From positions 32,001-96,000 of the IMG/VR virus record IMGVR_UViG_3300026382_000010: a stretch of 64,000 bases of DNA. One strand, 5' to 3'. The DNA is from a virus. Each line of letters opens with the position of its first letter. Position 1 is the first letter of the stretch. Shown in pieces: positions 20,344-29,219 of the stretch. The notes beneath the pieces are model-generated. The model worked only from the letters and a program-made list of their open reading frames with translations. It was not told the DNA's origin and did no database searches. Both the position numbers and the translations under genes were made by a program.

Positions 20344-20632
20344 AGAACGCGATCTTCAACTTTTAGAAAAGTATTTAGGTAAAGATGGTTTAAAGGAATA
20401 CTTATTCAAGCAAACCCAACTGGAAATTATCAGAGCATCTGTACGTCCAATTCTTACGATTTTAATAATTGGACTCTTTATGATTGCATTGATCATAGGA
20501 TTATATACTCATCAGCTTTCGTATAAAGAATTTCTACTTTCAATTTCAGGAACCGTATCCACATTAATTGGCTTTTGGTTTGGAGAACGTGCAGCTTTGA
20601 AAAATCCAAATGCAAATAATACTCTAGATTAA
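20333..20632 (+). CDS. Small membrane protein, holin-like (GTA-type 3TM holin motifs)
   Basis: SVRPILT followed by a TM helix, then a second hydrophobic segment ending GFWFGER. Confidence 0.55.
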   Translation: MELKERDLQLLEKYLGKDGLKEYLFKQTQLEIIRASVRPILTILIIGLFMIALIIGLYTHQLSYKEFLLSISGTVSTLIGFWFGERAALKNPNANNTLD

Positions 20633-20661
20633 TCAATCCTTAAATTTTCAATGGTAAAACA

Positions 20662-21399
20662 ATGAGTGCAATTCGTACTTATGACAACATTAGTTTAGAT
20701 GATGTGATTGAAAAATGGGCTCAAGATGTAGCAGAATATTGGTTTCCTTCGTATCGCGACAGGTTTATTAGTTTACTGCGCTACTCTGAATTCAGAACCT
20801 ATCAATTTACCGATTACGTAAATGAAATTATGCAGTATTACTTTGAAAACTGGAGTGAGAAACGGCTAAAAATTTATTTCTTCGAGTTTTTTAGAAAGCA
20901 AGTGTTTATTCAAACAGAAGATTCCGAAGGAAATATTCATTATATTCCAGTTCAATCATGGTGTAATTTTACCCCAGATTATATTATTTTCCATTACAAG
21001 TATAACAAAATAACTATCCCACGAAAAACTGCAGAGGATTTAATACCAGAGGAATATGTAAAAGGTTTCCTTTATGCTCAAGCAAAAAATAATGTGAGAG
21101 TTCCAACGTTAGCATTCGGAATTCAAGAAGTATACGATGTGCTCTACAGATATTATCAAGGATTTGCTACATTACAAGATGTTGATAAAGTTTTAGCTAA
21201 ACATTCAATCAACTATTTCCCTTTTCCAAATTTAATTCAACCAAAATCTAAACTCGACTGGGAATGGATAAAGAAGTACGTCTATCATATTGCGTGGGTT
21301 AATTTATATGAAAGTGAAGCTTGTACATTTGAACGACTTGTTGAAATCGGGCCAAAATTTTACCGTCATGAAATTTACAACTTTGTATATTTACTTTAA
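20662..21399 (+). CDS. Hypothetical aromatic-rich protein
   Basis: 245-aa ORF. Confidence 0.7.
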   Translation: MSAIRTYDNISLDDVIEKWAQDVAEYWFPSYRDRFISLLRYSEFRTYQFTDYVNEIMQYYFENWSEKRLKIYFFEFFRKQVFIQTEDSEGNIHYIPVQSWCNFTPDYIIFHYKYNKITIPRKTAEDLIPEEYVKGFLYAQAKNNVRVPTLAFGIQEVYDVLYRYYQGFATLQDVDKVLAKHSINYFPFPNLIQPKSKLDWEWIKKYVYHIAWVNLYESEACTFERLVEIGPKFYRHEIYNFVYLL

Positions 21400-21419
21400 A
21401 GAGAAGGTGGTATGTAAAA

Positions 21420-22100
21420 ATGAGCTGTCCCTGTAGAAAATACAGTCGTGTAAATAAACCAACTGTACAAAAAAAGCTATATGTGTATACTGGATGCTGC
21501 GGATCTTACAACAAAGACTATCTTGATGCATGTCTTAAGATGCTTTCTCGGTTTTTCAAAATTATTATTGCAGATTTACCATGTTGCGGAATGAATACTT
21601 GGTATCTTAATCCAAATTTAACTATAGCCCGTCTAGCAAATCTAAACAAAATCATTATTGATCACATTCCCATTGTTAGCTTATGTAGTTCATGTACATT
21701 GAGTTTGGGATTTGTATTTGCACTTCATTATAGCGAAAAATTCGGTTTACTAAAGGATTTGCTATCCATATGTACTCAATATTATATGCCAAATATAGTA
21801 CGAGCATTAAACGCAAAAAGAACTCTATTGGTTGTAGGTATGCATAATTTATATACTTTTGGTATTGAGTACTACAAATTTCAACAAAGTAAATTACGTG
21901 CATTCATACCAACTATTTCAATTTTTGAACTCAATACTACATTAACAACTGAAATGTATTACAAAGAACCATATAACTCTCAATACATAGAAACTCTAAA
22001 GCGAATCTCTAGACAGTATGATCTAGTTGTAACTACGGCAATTAATATCGCAAATGAATTGGATTTTACAGTTTACTTACCAACTTTATTATCTGCATAA
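21420..22100 (+). CDS. CCG-domain (heterodisulfide reductase subunit B-like) Fe-S protein
   Basis: YTGC...LPCCG...IVSLCSSC matches the C-xn-CCG-xn-CxxC pattern of HdrB/CCG domains. The second half is degenerate. Confidence 0.7.
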   Translation: MSCPCRKYSRVNKPTVQKKLYVYTGCCGSYNKDYLDACLKMLSRFFKIIIADLPCCGMNTWYLNPNLTIARLANLNKIIIDHIPIVSLCSSCTLSLGFVFALHYSEKFGLLKDLLSICTQYYMPNIVRALNAKRTLLVVGMHNLYTFGIEYYKFQQSKLRAFIPTISIFELNTTLTTEMYYKEPYNSQYIETLKRISRQYDLVVTTAINIANELDFTVYLPTLLSA

Positions 22101-22137
22101 ATAATTCATGACAAAAAACATAAAGGAGGTATTTTTT

Positions 22138-22779
22138 ATGTGTACTACTATCATGTATCACGGAAAGCTTTCACTATTTAAGCAAATCATTCCTACGCCA
22201 GAAAAATTAAAACGTATTTGGTTTTATCGCGGATATGATGCTTTGGGACATCTATTTATCAACTATAGCACAAATTTTGCAAAAAAATACGTTGGTCATT
22301 TTTGGGATAAAGAGCATAGTTCAGAAAATATAAAGGAGGTTTTTGAGAAAGCAGTTTACAATATTTACGAGCGAAAGCATAAAGGCGATCCTGAAGTACT
22401 AATTGCTTTATATGCGCGTGCAATTCCGGAAACTGAACCAATCGATACCCATTTACCTTTAATTCTAGAAATTCAACCACTGGATTTGCGCGACTATATT
22501 TTTTTACATCATGGTATAGTATACGAGTTTGATAACGTAAAGGTAACTGACGAAATAATCGATACTCAACTTGTTGCATTTTATATCGACTCGATGTCTG
22601 AAAAACTTGAAGTATCTGAAATAGCAAGACATCTAAAAGAGAAAACCAAAGGAATGTCTCTATACATTCTCTACCACAAAATGCTAAAGAAAATTATCGT
22701 CGTGGAAGCAGGGTTAAAAGCATTTACTTATCAGTTTAAGGATGGAATGCTCGTATCAAATTTTGCACTCTTTGTATAA
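22138..22779 (+). CDS. Class II (Ntn) glutamine amidotransferase, Gat half of a Gat-QueC-type enzyme
   Basis: True start MC at 22138 behind AAGGAGGT gives the N-terminal Cys nucleophile. RGYD, ARAIPETE, HHG (variant of HNG) and IDT motifs. Confidence 0.8.
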   Translation: MCTTIMYHGKLSLFKQIIPTPEKLKRIWFYRGYDALGHLFINYSTNFAKKYVGHFWDKEHSSENIKEVFEKAVYNIYERKHKGDPEVLIALYARAIPETEPIDTHLPLILEIQPLDLRDYIFLHHGIVYEFDNVKVTDEIIDTQLVAFYIDSMSEKLEVSEIARHLKEKTKGMSLYILYHKMLKKIIVVEAGLKAFTYQFKDGMLVSNFALFV

Positions 22780-22810
22780 AAAAGAAGAAGGAAAAAGGAG
22801 GTATATAAAA

Positions 22811-23518
22811 ATGCTATATCGAAATCTTACAGTACAAGTAGATCCTATTGAAAGAAAATTTTATCTTGAGGGAAATGTAAACTGTAAAACTGCACTTGTT
22901 TTATACTCCTCAGGATTGGAATCAATCACCAACGTCTATCTTTTATTACGCTTGAATATAAAACCATACTTGCTTCACTTTACATACAATCATTTGGCCG
23001 CAGAAATTGAACTCATAAAAACAAGAGAGCTTGCAAAAAAATTAAATCTACCGCTTTACATCATTGAAATGCCTGAATTGGCACCTATCTCTAATTTTGA
23101 TGAAGAAGAAGCAGAATCTAGTTCACATTACATTCCTGTTCGTAATACGCTTTTTATTACTTACGCTCTAAAAATTGCTGAAGAAAATCAATTGGACGCA
23201 GTAGTATTGGGAGCAAATTTATCAGAATCTATGACTTATCCTGATAACTCCTACCCATATATATTTGGATTCGGATATGTTGCAAATTACGCAACGCAAT
23301 TTCCAAATACTGTGACTATCTTAACCCCTTTAATAAACCTAACGAAAACATATCTCGTAAAATTGGGCGAACTACTAAATGTAGATTATTCAATGTCAAA
23401 TTCATGCTACTATCCAAATGAAAATGGAGAGCCATGTAATAAGTGTGGTTCATGTATTTTACGAAACATAGCATTTGAGCGTGCAGAAGAACTCGGGAGG
23501 TTTACACTGACTTTCTAG
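22811..23518 (+). CDS. queC: 7-cyano-7-deazaguanine synthase QueC (Gat-QueC-like)
   Basis: PP-loop variant SSGLES, IPVRN, NLSESMTYPDN and Zn site SCY..PCNKCGSC. Start at ATG 22811 behind AAGGAGGT. Confidence 0.9.
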   Translation: MLYRNLTVQVDPIERKFYLEGNVNCKTALVLYSSGLESITNVYLLLRLNIKPYLLHFTYNHLAAEIELIKTRELAKKLNLPLYIIEMPELAPISNFDEEEAESSSHYIPVRNTLFITYALKIAEENQLDAVVLGANLSESMTYPDNSYPYIFGFGYVANYATQFPNTVTILTPLINLTKTYLVKLGELLNVDYSMSNSCYYPNENGEPCNKCGSCILRNIAFERAEELGRFTLTF

Positions 23519-23556
23519 TAGGTGTATAAGTTCAAAGGACGGCAAGCAATTGTAAA

Positions 23557-23973
23557 ATGCTTGATAGGGAAACAATAACTGCGTTCAAAGTATTTGTTGA
23601 TAGCTATCCATTACATTCTCTATTGTTTTTAATAGCGATAATTATTTTTGGATTGATAATTCTTATTTCAAAATTAGGACTGAAATTTGGGAAAAAGTCT
23701 AGCTCTAATGATAATGAACAAAGCAAAACTAAGGATGTAGATATTGATGAACTCATCAAGGAATTGCGCGAGACATCAAGCAAACTCGAAGCAATATTAA
23801 ATCAAATGAGACAAGAAATGCAAACTGATACCAAATTAAGGGATAAGGATTTTAATCGCATTTTCGACGAGTTTAAACACATTCATGAGCGTTTAGATAA
23901 AATATATCTACAGGTGGAGGTAATAGTTACAAAGCTTGATTCATTGCTTAGAACCGATAAGTTTTTACGTTAA
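23557..23973 (+). CDS. N-terminal TM plus coiled-coil protein (possible holin or lysis accessory protein)
   Basis: Single TM segment LLFLIAIIIFGLIILI followed by heptad-rich helices. Confidence 0.5.
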   Translation: MLDRETITAFKVFVDSYPLHSLLFLIAIIIFGLIILISKLGLKFGKKSSSNDNEQSKTKDVDIDELIKELRETSSKLEAILNQMRQEMQTDTKLRDKDFNRIFDEFKHIHERLDKIYLQVEVIVTKLDSLLRTDKFLR

Positions 23974-24017
23974 TCAAAGGATGGTATTATTAAGTACATA
24001 TTAATAAACGGGTAACA

Positions 24018-24821
24018 ATGAAGTTACGTTGTAAGGTAGATTGTAATTTATGTAGGGATCCTGGGGATTTTTACTACGTCCTTAAGGAATTAGAAATCAA
24101 ATCAGTTAATCAATCCGAATTACTATTAAAGTTTGACTCATTTAGGTTATTCAGATTATTTGTGAAAATTGATACGCATAAAGCGGACTTGTATAAATTT
24201 CGCTCAAAAATTTTCGAGTCTTTAATTGCATTTGATCATAAGTTTAAAGAGAATACGTATGCAATAGTTTATACTTTACTACAGCAACTTATTAACATAT
24301 ACGATATTTTAAGCCGACTTATTGTATATTACAATGGTCATATTTGGAATGAATGTGAGTATGCTCAGTCTTCCATTTTTATACGACTGTGTGAATTTGT
24401 ATGTAAACAGATTCGCACTATTCTTGAAAAATGTGGTTTTGAGTCAGATATTTTTAAGGAGCATGTTGAGGAATTATATCTAAAACCATTTCAACTAGTA
24501 TTCAAACATCTAGAGCAGGAACGCCATAAACTTACAGATATTGATTTTTTAGATACACTTGTTACATACATTTTCTACCTTGCAGAATTCTACTTCTATT
24601 GCACTGTGAATTTTGACTTTTACATTAGTAATCTATCCGTCATCTATATTGGACCATCATTTTTATACTTTAAGAAAACATTTGAGATTGATTACGTGCA
24701 ATTCTTTATAGACATATTTACTGCGCGCTTTAAAAACATTGTGATTAAAACTAGCGAATATGATATTCTTACAAAATTGCAAGAATATGAAACTGAAACC
24801 GTTAAAGTTTGTTTAATGTAA
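24018..24821 (+). CDS. Hypothetical helical protein
   Basis: 267-aa ORF with N-terminal C-x3-C-x2-C. Confidence 0.7.
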   Translation: MKLRCKVDCNLCRDPGDFYYVLKELEIKSVNQSELLLKFDSFRLFRLFVKIDTHKADLYKFRSKIFESLIAFDHKFKENTYAIVYTLLQQLINIYDILSRLIVYYNGHIWNECEYAQSSIFIRLCEFVCKQIRTILEKCGFESDIFKEHVEELYLKPFQLVFKHLEQERHKLTDIDFLDTLVTYIFYLAEFYFYCTVNFDFYISNLSVIYIGPSFLYFKKTFEIDYVQFFIDIFTARFKNIVIKTSEYDILTKLQEYETETVKVCLM

Positions 24822-24849
24822 AATTAGTAGAAAAAGGAGGGTACTAGTA

Positions 24850-25704
24850 ATGCCTATTAAAGTAAAACATCCTACTTACGAAGTTATAACTCCGGTTTTT
24901 GGAAAAAAGGTACTCGTACGTGGTCTCACATTCAAAGAAGAAATAGCATTGCGTGAATCCGTTACTATGTACAACAAACAAGCATCCTATTTATATCTTC
25001 ATGCAATTTACAATTGCATCGAAAACAAAGAAGTTTATAAAAATGACTTTGAGTACTTTTTAACCCATACAATTGATGATGATCTTGCCGCAATCGTACT
25101 TGGAATTGCAATATTAACCGTACCCGAAAAGAAATTGAGTTTTTCAGTAACTTGTCCCAATTGTAAAAAAGAAAATACATATTCAATACCCTTTGAAAAT
25201 TTGATAACCGATATAAAAGTAAATCAAAACAATGAGCCAATTTTCGATGCAAAATCCGTAATTTCACTCCCCGAAAGAGATATCGAAATCAGTGTATCCT
25301 TCCCAAATTATAAGAAAGCTATTATAATAAATGACATTATAGGTACGCTTTCGTCAGATAAAAGCCTTTGGCCTAAATACAATATAACCGAAATCAATTT
25401 ACCTCTAATTACAACTGCATTACTTCAATGCTTAATTATTGATGGGGTAAAACAGATATCTACTGGCGAATCTGTTACAATTAGCTGGAATCAAGAAGAT
25501 CCAAATTTCTTAGATACCATAATGGAATTAGTTAAAGTTATCGCTGAATTTGATGCTGAAATCTTGGAAAAGGTAAACTCTTGGGCACCTTTAAACAAAT
25601 ACTACTTAAAGATGGAGTTTAAGGCAAATTGTAAAAATTGTAATCATGCGTTACAGGGGGATCTAAAATCCACTGTTATAAATCTTTTTCGTCCAGGATC
25701 TTAA
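24850..25704 (+). CDS. T4 gp26-like baseplate hub / tail assembly chaperone with two CxxC motifs
   Basis: PTYEV..P..GKKV.VRGLTFKEE N-terminus, plus CPNC and CKNC. Adjacent to a gp25-like gene. Confidence 0.75.
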   Translation: MPIKVKHPTYEVITPVFGKKVLVRGLTFKEEIALRESVTMYNKQASYLYLHAIYNCIENKEVYKNDFEYFLTHTIDDDLAAIVLGIAILTVPEKKLSFSVTCPNCKKENTYSIPFENLITDIKVNQNNEPIFDAKSVISLPERDIEISVSFPNYKKAIIINDIIGTLSSDKSLWPKYNITEINLPLITTALLQCLIIDGVKQISTGESVTISWNQEDPNFLDTIMELVKVIAEFDAEILEKVNSWAPLNKYYLKMEFKANCKNCNHALQGDLKSTVINLFRPGS

Positions 25705-25996
25705 GAATTTTGAAACTACTTTATTTGCAGAAGTTTTATACTTTTTGGGAGTGGATCCTACGTTTCTATATAAGCTTCCGCGAAAGAAAATTGTTAAAAT
25801 TATGGAGAAAATTTACAAATTTGAAAAACAGTTTAAATTCATTGCTTCTAAAATGGCAGATCGGTACATTCTTTTACAAGATGGTACACTTGAAGCTGGT
25901 GAAGATGTAAGCGATATACAAAGAAAGCTATCGCAAGTTGAAACCGTATCAAATCACTTCAAGAAATTTGAAAGGAGAATTCCTAAGAAAGAATGA
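25691..25996 (+). CDS. gp51/GT-like extension, probably translated by +1 frameshift from the gp26-like gene
   Basis: The frame is open from 25682, overlapping CTT-TTT-CGT. The TTG at 25745 has no SD. LGVDPTFLYKLP resembles tail-chaperone T segments. Confidence 0.55.
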   Translation, partial: VQDLKNFETTLFAEVLYFLGVDPTFLYKLPRKKIVKIMEKIYKFEKQFKFIASKMADRYILLQDGTLEAGEDVSDIQRKLSQVETVSNHFKKFERRIPKKE

Positions 25997-26394
25997 TAGA
26001 TCTTCAGCCTTTCATTCAACCAAATGCAGTAGATTTGCAATGTCTTACTGATTATACTCAATTTATCGTAAGGGATATTTTAACTCTACTTACATATCCA
26101 AAGGGTGCTAAAATTTACGATCGTCTTTTCGGTTCCGAAGTTTTAAATAGAGTATTTGACAATCTAGATGACTTACTACGAAAACAACTTGAATCCGATT
26201 TGACTTATGCATTATCACAAAGTCAAATTTTTGACTTAGTAAATGTAATTGTAAAGCGCATTGAAAATAAAGAATTATATGCTGAAATTACGCTGAAGTT
26301 AAAAACAAAGGATTTAACTTATCGAATCCTTTTGAAAATTGCTGACAAATACGTATCTATACTAAATATCGAAAAAGTACTCGGGGTACTCTAA
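25993..26394 (+). CDS. gp25-like baseplate wedge / sheath initiator
   Basis: ILTLLTYPKGAKIYDRLFGS matches the GPW/gp25 motif. 133 aa. Confidence 0.8.
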   Translation: MIDLQPFIQPNAVDLQCLTDYTQFIVRDILTLLTYPKGAKIYDRLFGSEVLNRVFDNLDDLLRKQLESDLTYALSQSQIFDLVNVIVKRIENKELYAEITLKLKTKDLTYRILLKIADKYVSILNIEKVLGVL

Positions 26395-26397
26395 AAT

Positions 26398-27312
26398 ATG
26401 ATTTTCAATCCACTTGATTATCAACTAGACTATTTAAAAGCATTGCATTTGATTTATAGTGCATTTCCAGCTCCTATTAAATGTCAGTATTTCCAAGCGC
26501 AAATGCAACCTAACCTAACAACTCAAACTTCACTATATTCTCATGAACTCGACTCCTACTCAAGCTTGCGCTATTTACAATTTGTAGACTTACCAGTATA
26601 TATGATTGATTCTGGATACACAAAAACTCAAGAAGCAAATGAAACTGGAGTAATTTTCCGTCAAGATGAAATTAACATAGTTTTTCCATCTCATTTTGGT
26701 ATTGAGCCTACAAATGCTGATAAGATTGCTTTCACAAGCGTTAATCATAATCGCTTGTTTAAAGTAGTAAATATTCAAATTTCAAATTTCTTTGAAAAAG
26801 CTCCATTACGTTTCTACCGTCTAACTCTACAGGTTGATAAATACGAAATATCTAAAATTTTTGAACGTGTAGATAAAAAGTACATTTTAAACTATGACGT
26901 TTGGTACTTTTTTGAAGAGTCCAAGTTCAAACGATATACGGCATTTTTAAATTTTCTCGACACATGTCTAAAGGCTTTAGATATGCAGGTTGATGAATGC
27001 GTTAACAATGTACTTGCATATTTATATGAGCAATACAAAGTAATCTGGAATATATTACTTGCAAAATACATGTACAATAATTTCCAACTTTTAAGCTATG
27101 ACTCATTAAATCCATGTATCTTGATTCTTAGGGGATTACCAAGTGATGATCCAAATGCTTTAACCTTTAAGCAGTACTTGGAAGATCGTAAAATACAGGC
27201 AACTAAAGATGGACAAATACCATCATTGACAAGCAATGATAAATTCTACTTACTTGCATGTACATATTATGCATTTCAATATTTAGATACGCTATTAAAA
27301 AATCCAAGGTAG
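26398..27312 (+). CDS. Putative neck / head-completion (gp14-like) virion protein
   Basis: IVFPSHFGIEPTNADKI resembles the P..GD motif of head-closure proteins. Structural gene context. Confidence 0.35.
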   Translation: MIFNPLDYQLDYLKALHLIYSAFPAPIKCQYFQAQMQPNLTTQTSLYSHELDSYSSLRYLQFVDLPVYMIDSGYTKTQEANETGVIFRQDEINIVFPSHFGIEPTNADKIAFTSVNHNRLFKVVNIQISNFFEKAPLRFYRLTLQVDKYEISKIFERVDKKYILNYDVWYFFEESKFKRYTAFLNFLDTCLKALDMQVDECVNNVLAYLYEQYKVIWNILLAKYMYNNFQLLSYDSLNPCILILRGLPSDDPNALTFKQYLEDRKIQATKDGQIPSLTSNDKFYLLACTYYAFQYLDTLLKNPR

Positions 27313-27315
27313 TAG

Positions 27316-29199
27316 ATGGCATTAACTACTGATACTTTTATCAAACAGTATATCGATTACGTTAATAATGCTGATTCCTCGTTAACTCTTGATTTTATCC
27401 TATCACAATATCCTGAATACTACAAATCCTTTAAGTTTGCAAATGTTTTAGCAGAATTTCTTGCAAAACGAAGTGTTGGTATTATAAATTATGCGACATC
27501 CTATTTTGAGCCTTCCTATTTAACAGGTAAAAACTTTCTCAAAACTATGTCATTTTTATACATTGATTACCTTTTTGATGTTGAAGCAGTTGATATCTTA
27601 CAACAACGAATGGTTTATCAAATTAGACATCTATTTTCAAGGCTTGCAATTAATGAGCTTATAGAAAATATCCTGTCAATTTTAAAAGTCTATCAATTGA
27701 TATGTGATCAAGTTGTTTTAGTTAACAAAGATCCAATAACGTTTGTAACAAAAGATACTGGTTTGCTACTTGATACAAACACCGTTTTAAAAAGACTTCG
27801 CTTGGATCCTAAGGTTATCGAGCAACTAACAGTACCTACATTTACATCCTTATACTTTATCGGGAAAATTGAGTATGTAAAAGAAATCCGTACGGAGTTA
27901 TTTTTTCTCAATACATTGGCATATGTTGCATACTACAACTATAAACGCCACGGTATACTAGAGAAAACTTTACAGCCTTTTACAGAAACAAACGAACTCT
28001 ACTCGTTTTTAGAAATTTATTTGGCTCGTCAGTTTATTTTACATTTGATAGGCGTAAATGTCGATTTTCAGCAATTTTTACTACTAACTGAAGACAATGA
28101 GTATTTAATTTCGGAGTACATTAAATATACATATGCTGGCTACTTTACAACTCCAGAGATTAGAGATAAAGTAGTTCAATTATGCGTTGAATATGTAAAA
28201 CAACGTATTTTCGAATATTTAGATTTTCGTACTTATTTGCAAGAACATGTAGAGCTTGATCCATTACTTGAAAAATTTGCAAGCAAGTTTTATGAAGAAT
28301 GTAAAGGTTTTAAGATTTTAGAGCATGCGGCGTATTTCGCCGCAACTACATTTTACGATAGGTATACTACACAATTAGGATTTGAAGAAAATCTAACGGA
28401 AAAGTTTAATGAGTTTGTTAGTTATTATACTGTTGATTTAACCAAAACTCATAAAGAAGAATTTGAAGTTTTTACCAACTTTGAGTTGTTAAAAGAAATC
28501 AATTACGACTTGTATCTCATTACCGTAAACATAGCATATTACACATATGTAGTAAAACAGTTTCCAGAAAGTGAGTGTTTTAAATTCATTGCCACATTAA
28601 TTGACGCGATAAACTACTATTTAATTCAACTTAAATACGAAAAATGTCTTCTTACGAACTACTATAATTTTAAAGAGTCAATTGCTAGTTTCTTGCAAAT
28701 TTATCGTAAGATTTTTCCATATTATGTAACTTTTTATTCCGACGAGTCTATATATTTGCAATTTGAGTCGGTATTTGAAACTTTGAACATTACGGATTTA
28801 CAAAGAGCTTTAACTATTTTAATTTACCCATTTGAAAGACTTCCCCTTCAAGAACATTGCGAAAAACTAATTGAGAAATACAACAATACTTTTTACGCAT
28901 ATTTAGATCGCATCATTTGTTATCTTCCTTACACCGGGGTAATTTATTACGATCAATCTAAATTTGTATACAACTGGACTCTAGATGGTGTAAAGCCAGA
29001 TTCTAGTGCAATTGATAATACAAAGTGTCAATCGTTTAATACAATTTACGAAGATATTATTTTGGGAGAGTATAGCGACTGGATTTTATTTGAAGAGTTT
29101 GGATTGTTTAAAGATATGAGCGTTGACTATAGTATTAAAACTTTTGATTCAAATGGAACTCTTTTAAAGGAAGTAACTTATACACGAACCAGAATCTAA
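27316..29199 (+). CDS. Putative baseplate structural protein
   Basis: 627-aa ORF within the tail cluster. Confidence 0.45.
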   Translation: MALTTDTFIKQYIDYVNNADSSLTLDFILSQYPEYYKSFKFANVLAEFLAKRSVGIINYATSYFEPSYLTGKNFLKTMSFLYIDYLFDVEAVDILQQRMVYQIRHLFSRLAINELIENILSILKVYQLICDQVVLVNKDPITFVTKDTGLLLDTNTVLKRLRLDPKVIEQLTVPTFTSLYFIGKIEYVKEIRTELFFLNTLAYVAYYNYKRHGILEKTLQPFTETNELYSFLEIYLARQFILHLIGVNVDFQQFLLLTEDNEYLISEYIKYTYAGYFTTPEIRDKVVQLCVEYVKQRIFEYLDFRTYLQEHVELDPLLEKFASKFYEECKGFKILEHAAYFAATTFYDRYTTQLGFEENLTEKFNEFVSYYTVDLTKTHKEEFEVFTNFELLKEINYDLYLITVNIAYYTYVVKQFPESECFKFIATLIDAINYYLIQLKYEKCLLTNYYNFKESIASFLQIYRKIFPYYVTFYSDESIYLQFESVFETLNITDLQRALTILIYPFERLPLQEHCEKLIEKYNNTFYAYLDRIICYLPYTGVIYYDQSKFVYNWTLDGVKPDSSAIDNTKCQSFNTIYEDIILGEYSDWILFEEFGLFKDMSVDYSIKTFDSNGTLLKEVTYTRTRI

Positions 29200-29219
29200 C
29201 AGTTATTAGGAGGAATGCT

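Noticed and set aside
22332-22345. Internal AAAGGAGGT inside the gat gene, resembling its own RBS
   Set aside because: There is no suitably spaced start codon. It is explained by the IKEV codons.
22742-22810. Possible frameshift fusion of Gat and QueC through their overlapping open frames
   Set aside because: A fusion would need a +1 shift, but the A-AAT-TTT site would shift -1. QueC has its own strong SD before ATG 22811.
25710-25910. 66-aa ORF in the -1 frame after the gp26-like gene
   Set aside because: It has a TTG start without SD, overlaps the better +1-frame ORF and leaves a gap before gp25. No convincing tandem -1 slippery heptamer lies at the junction.
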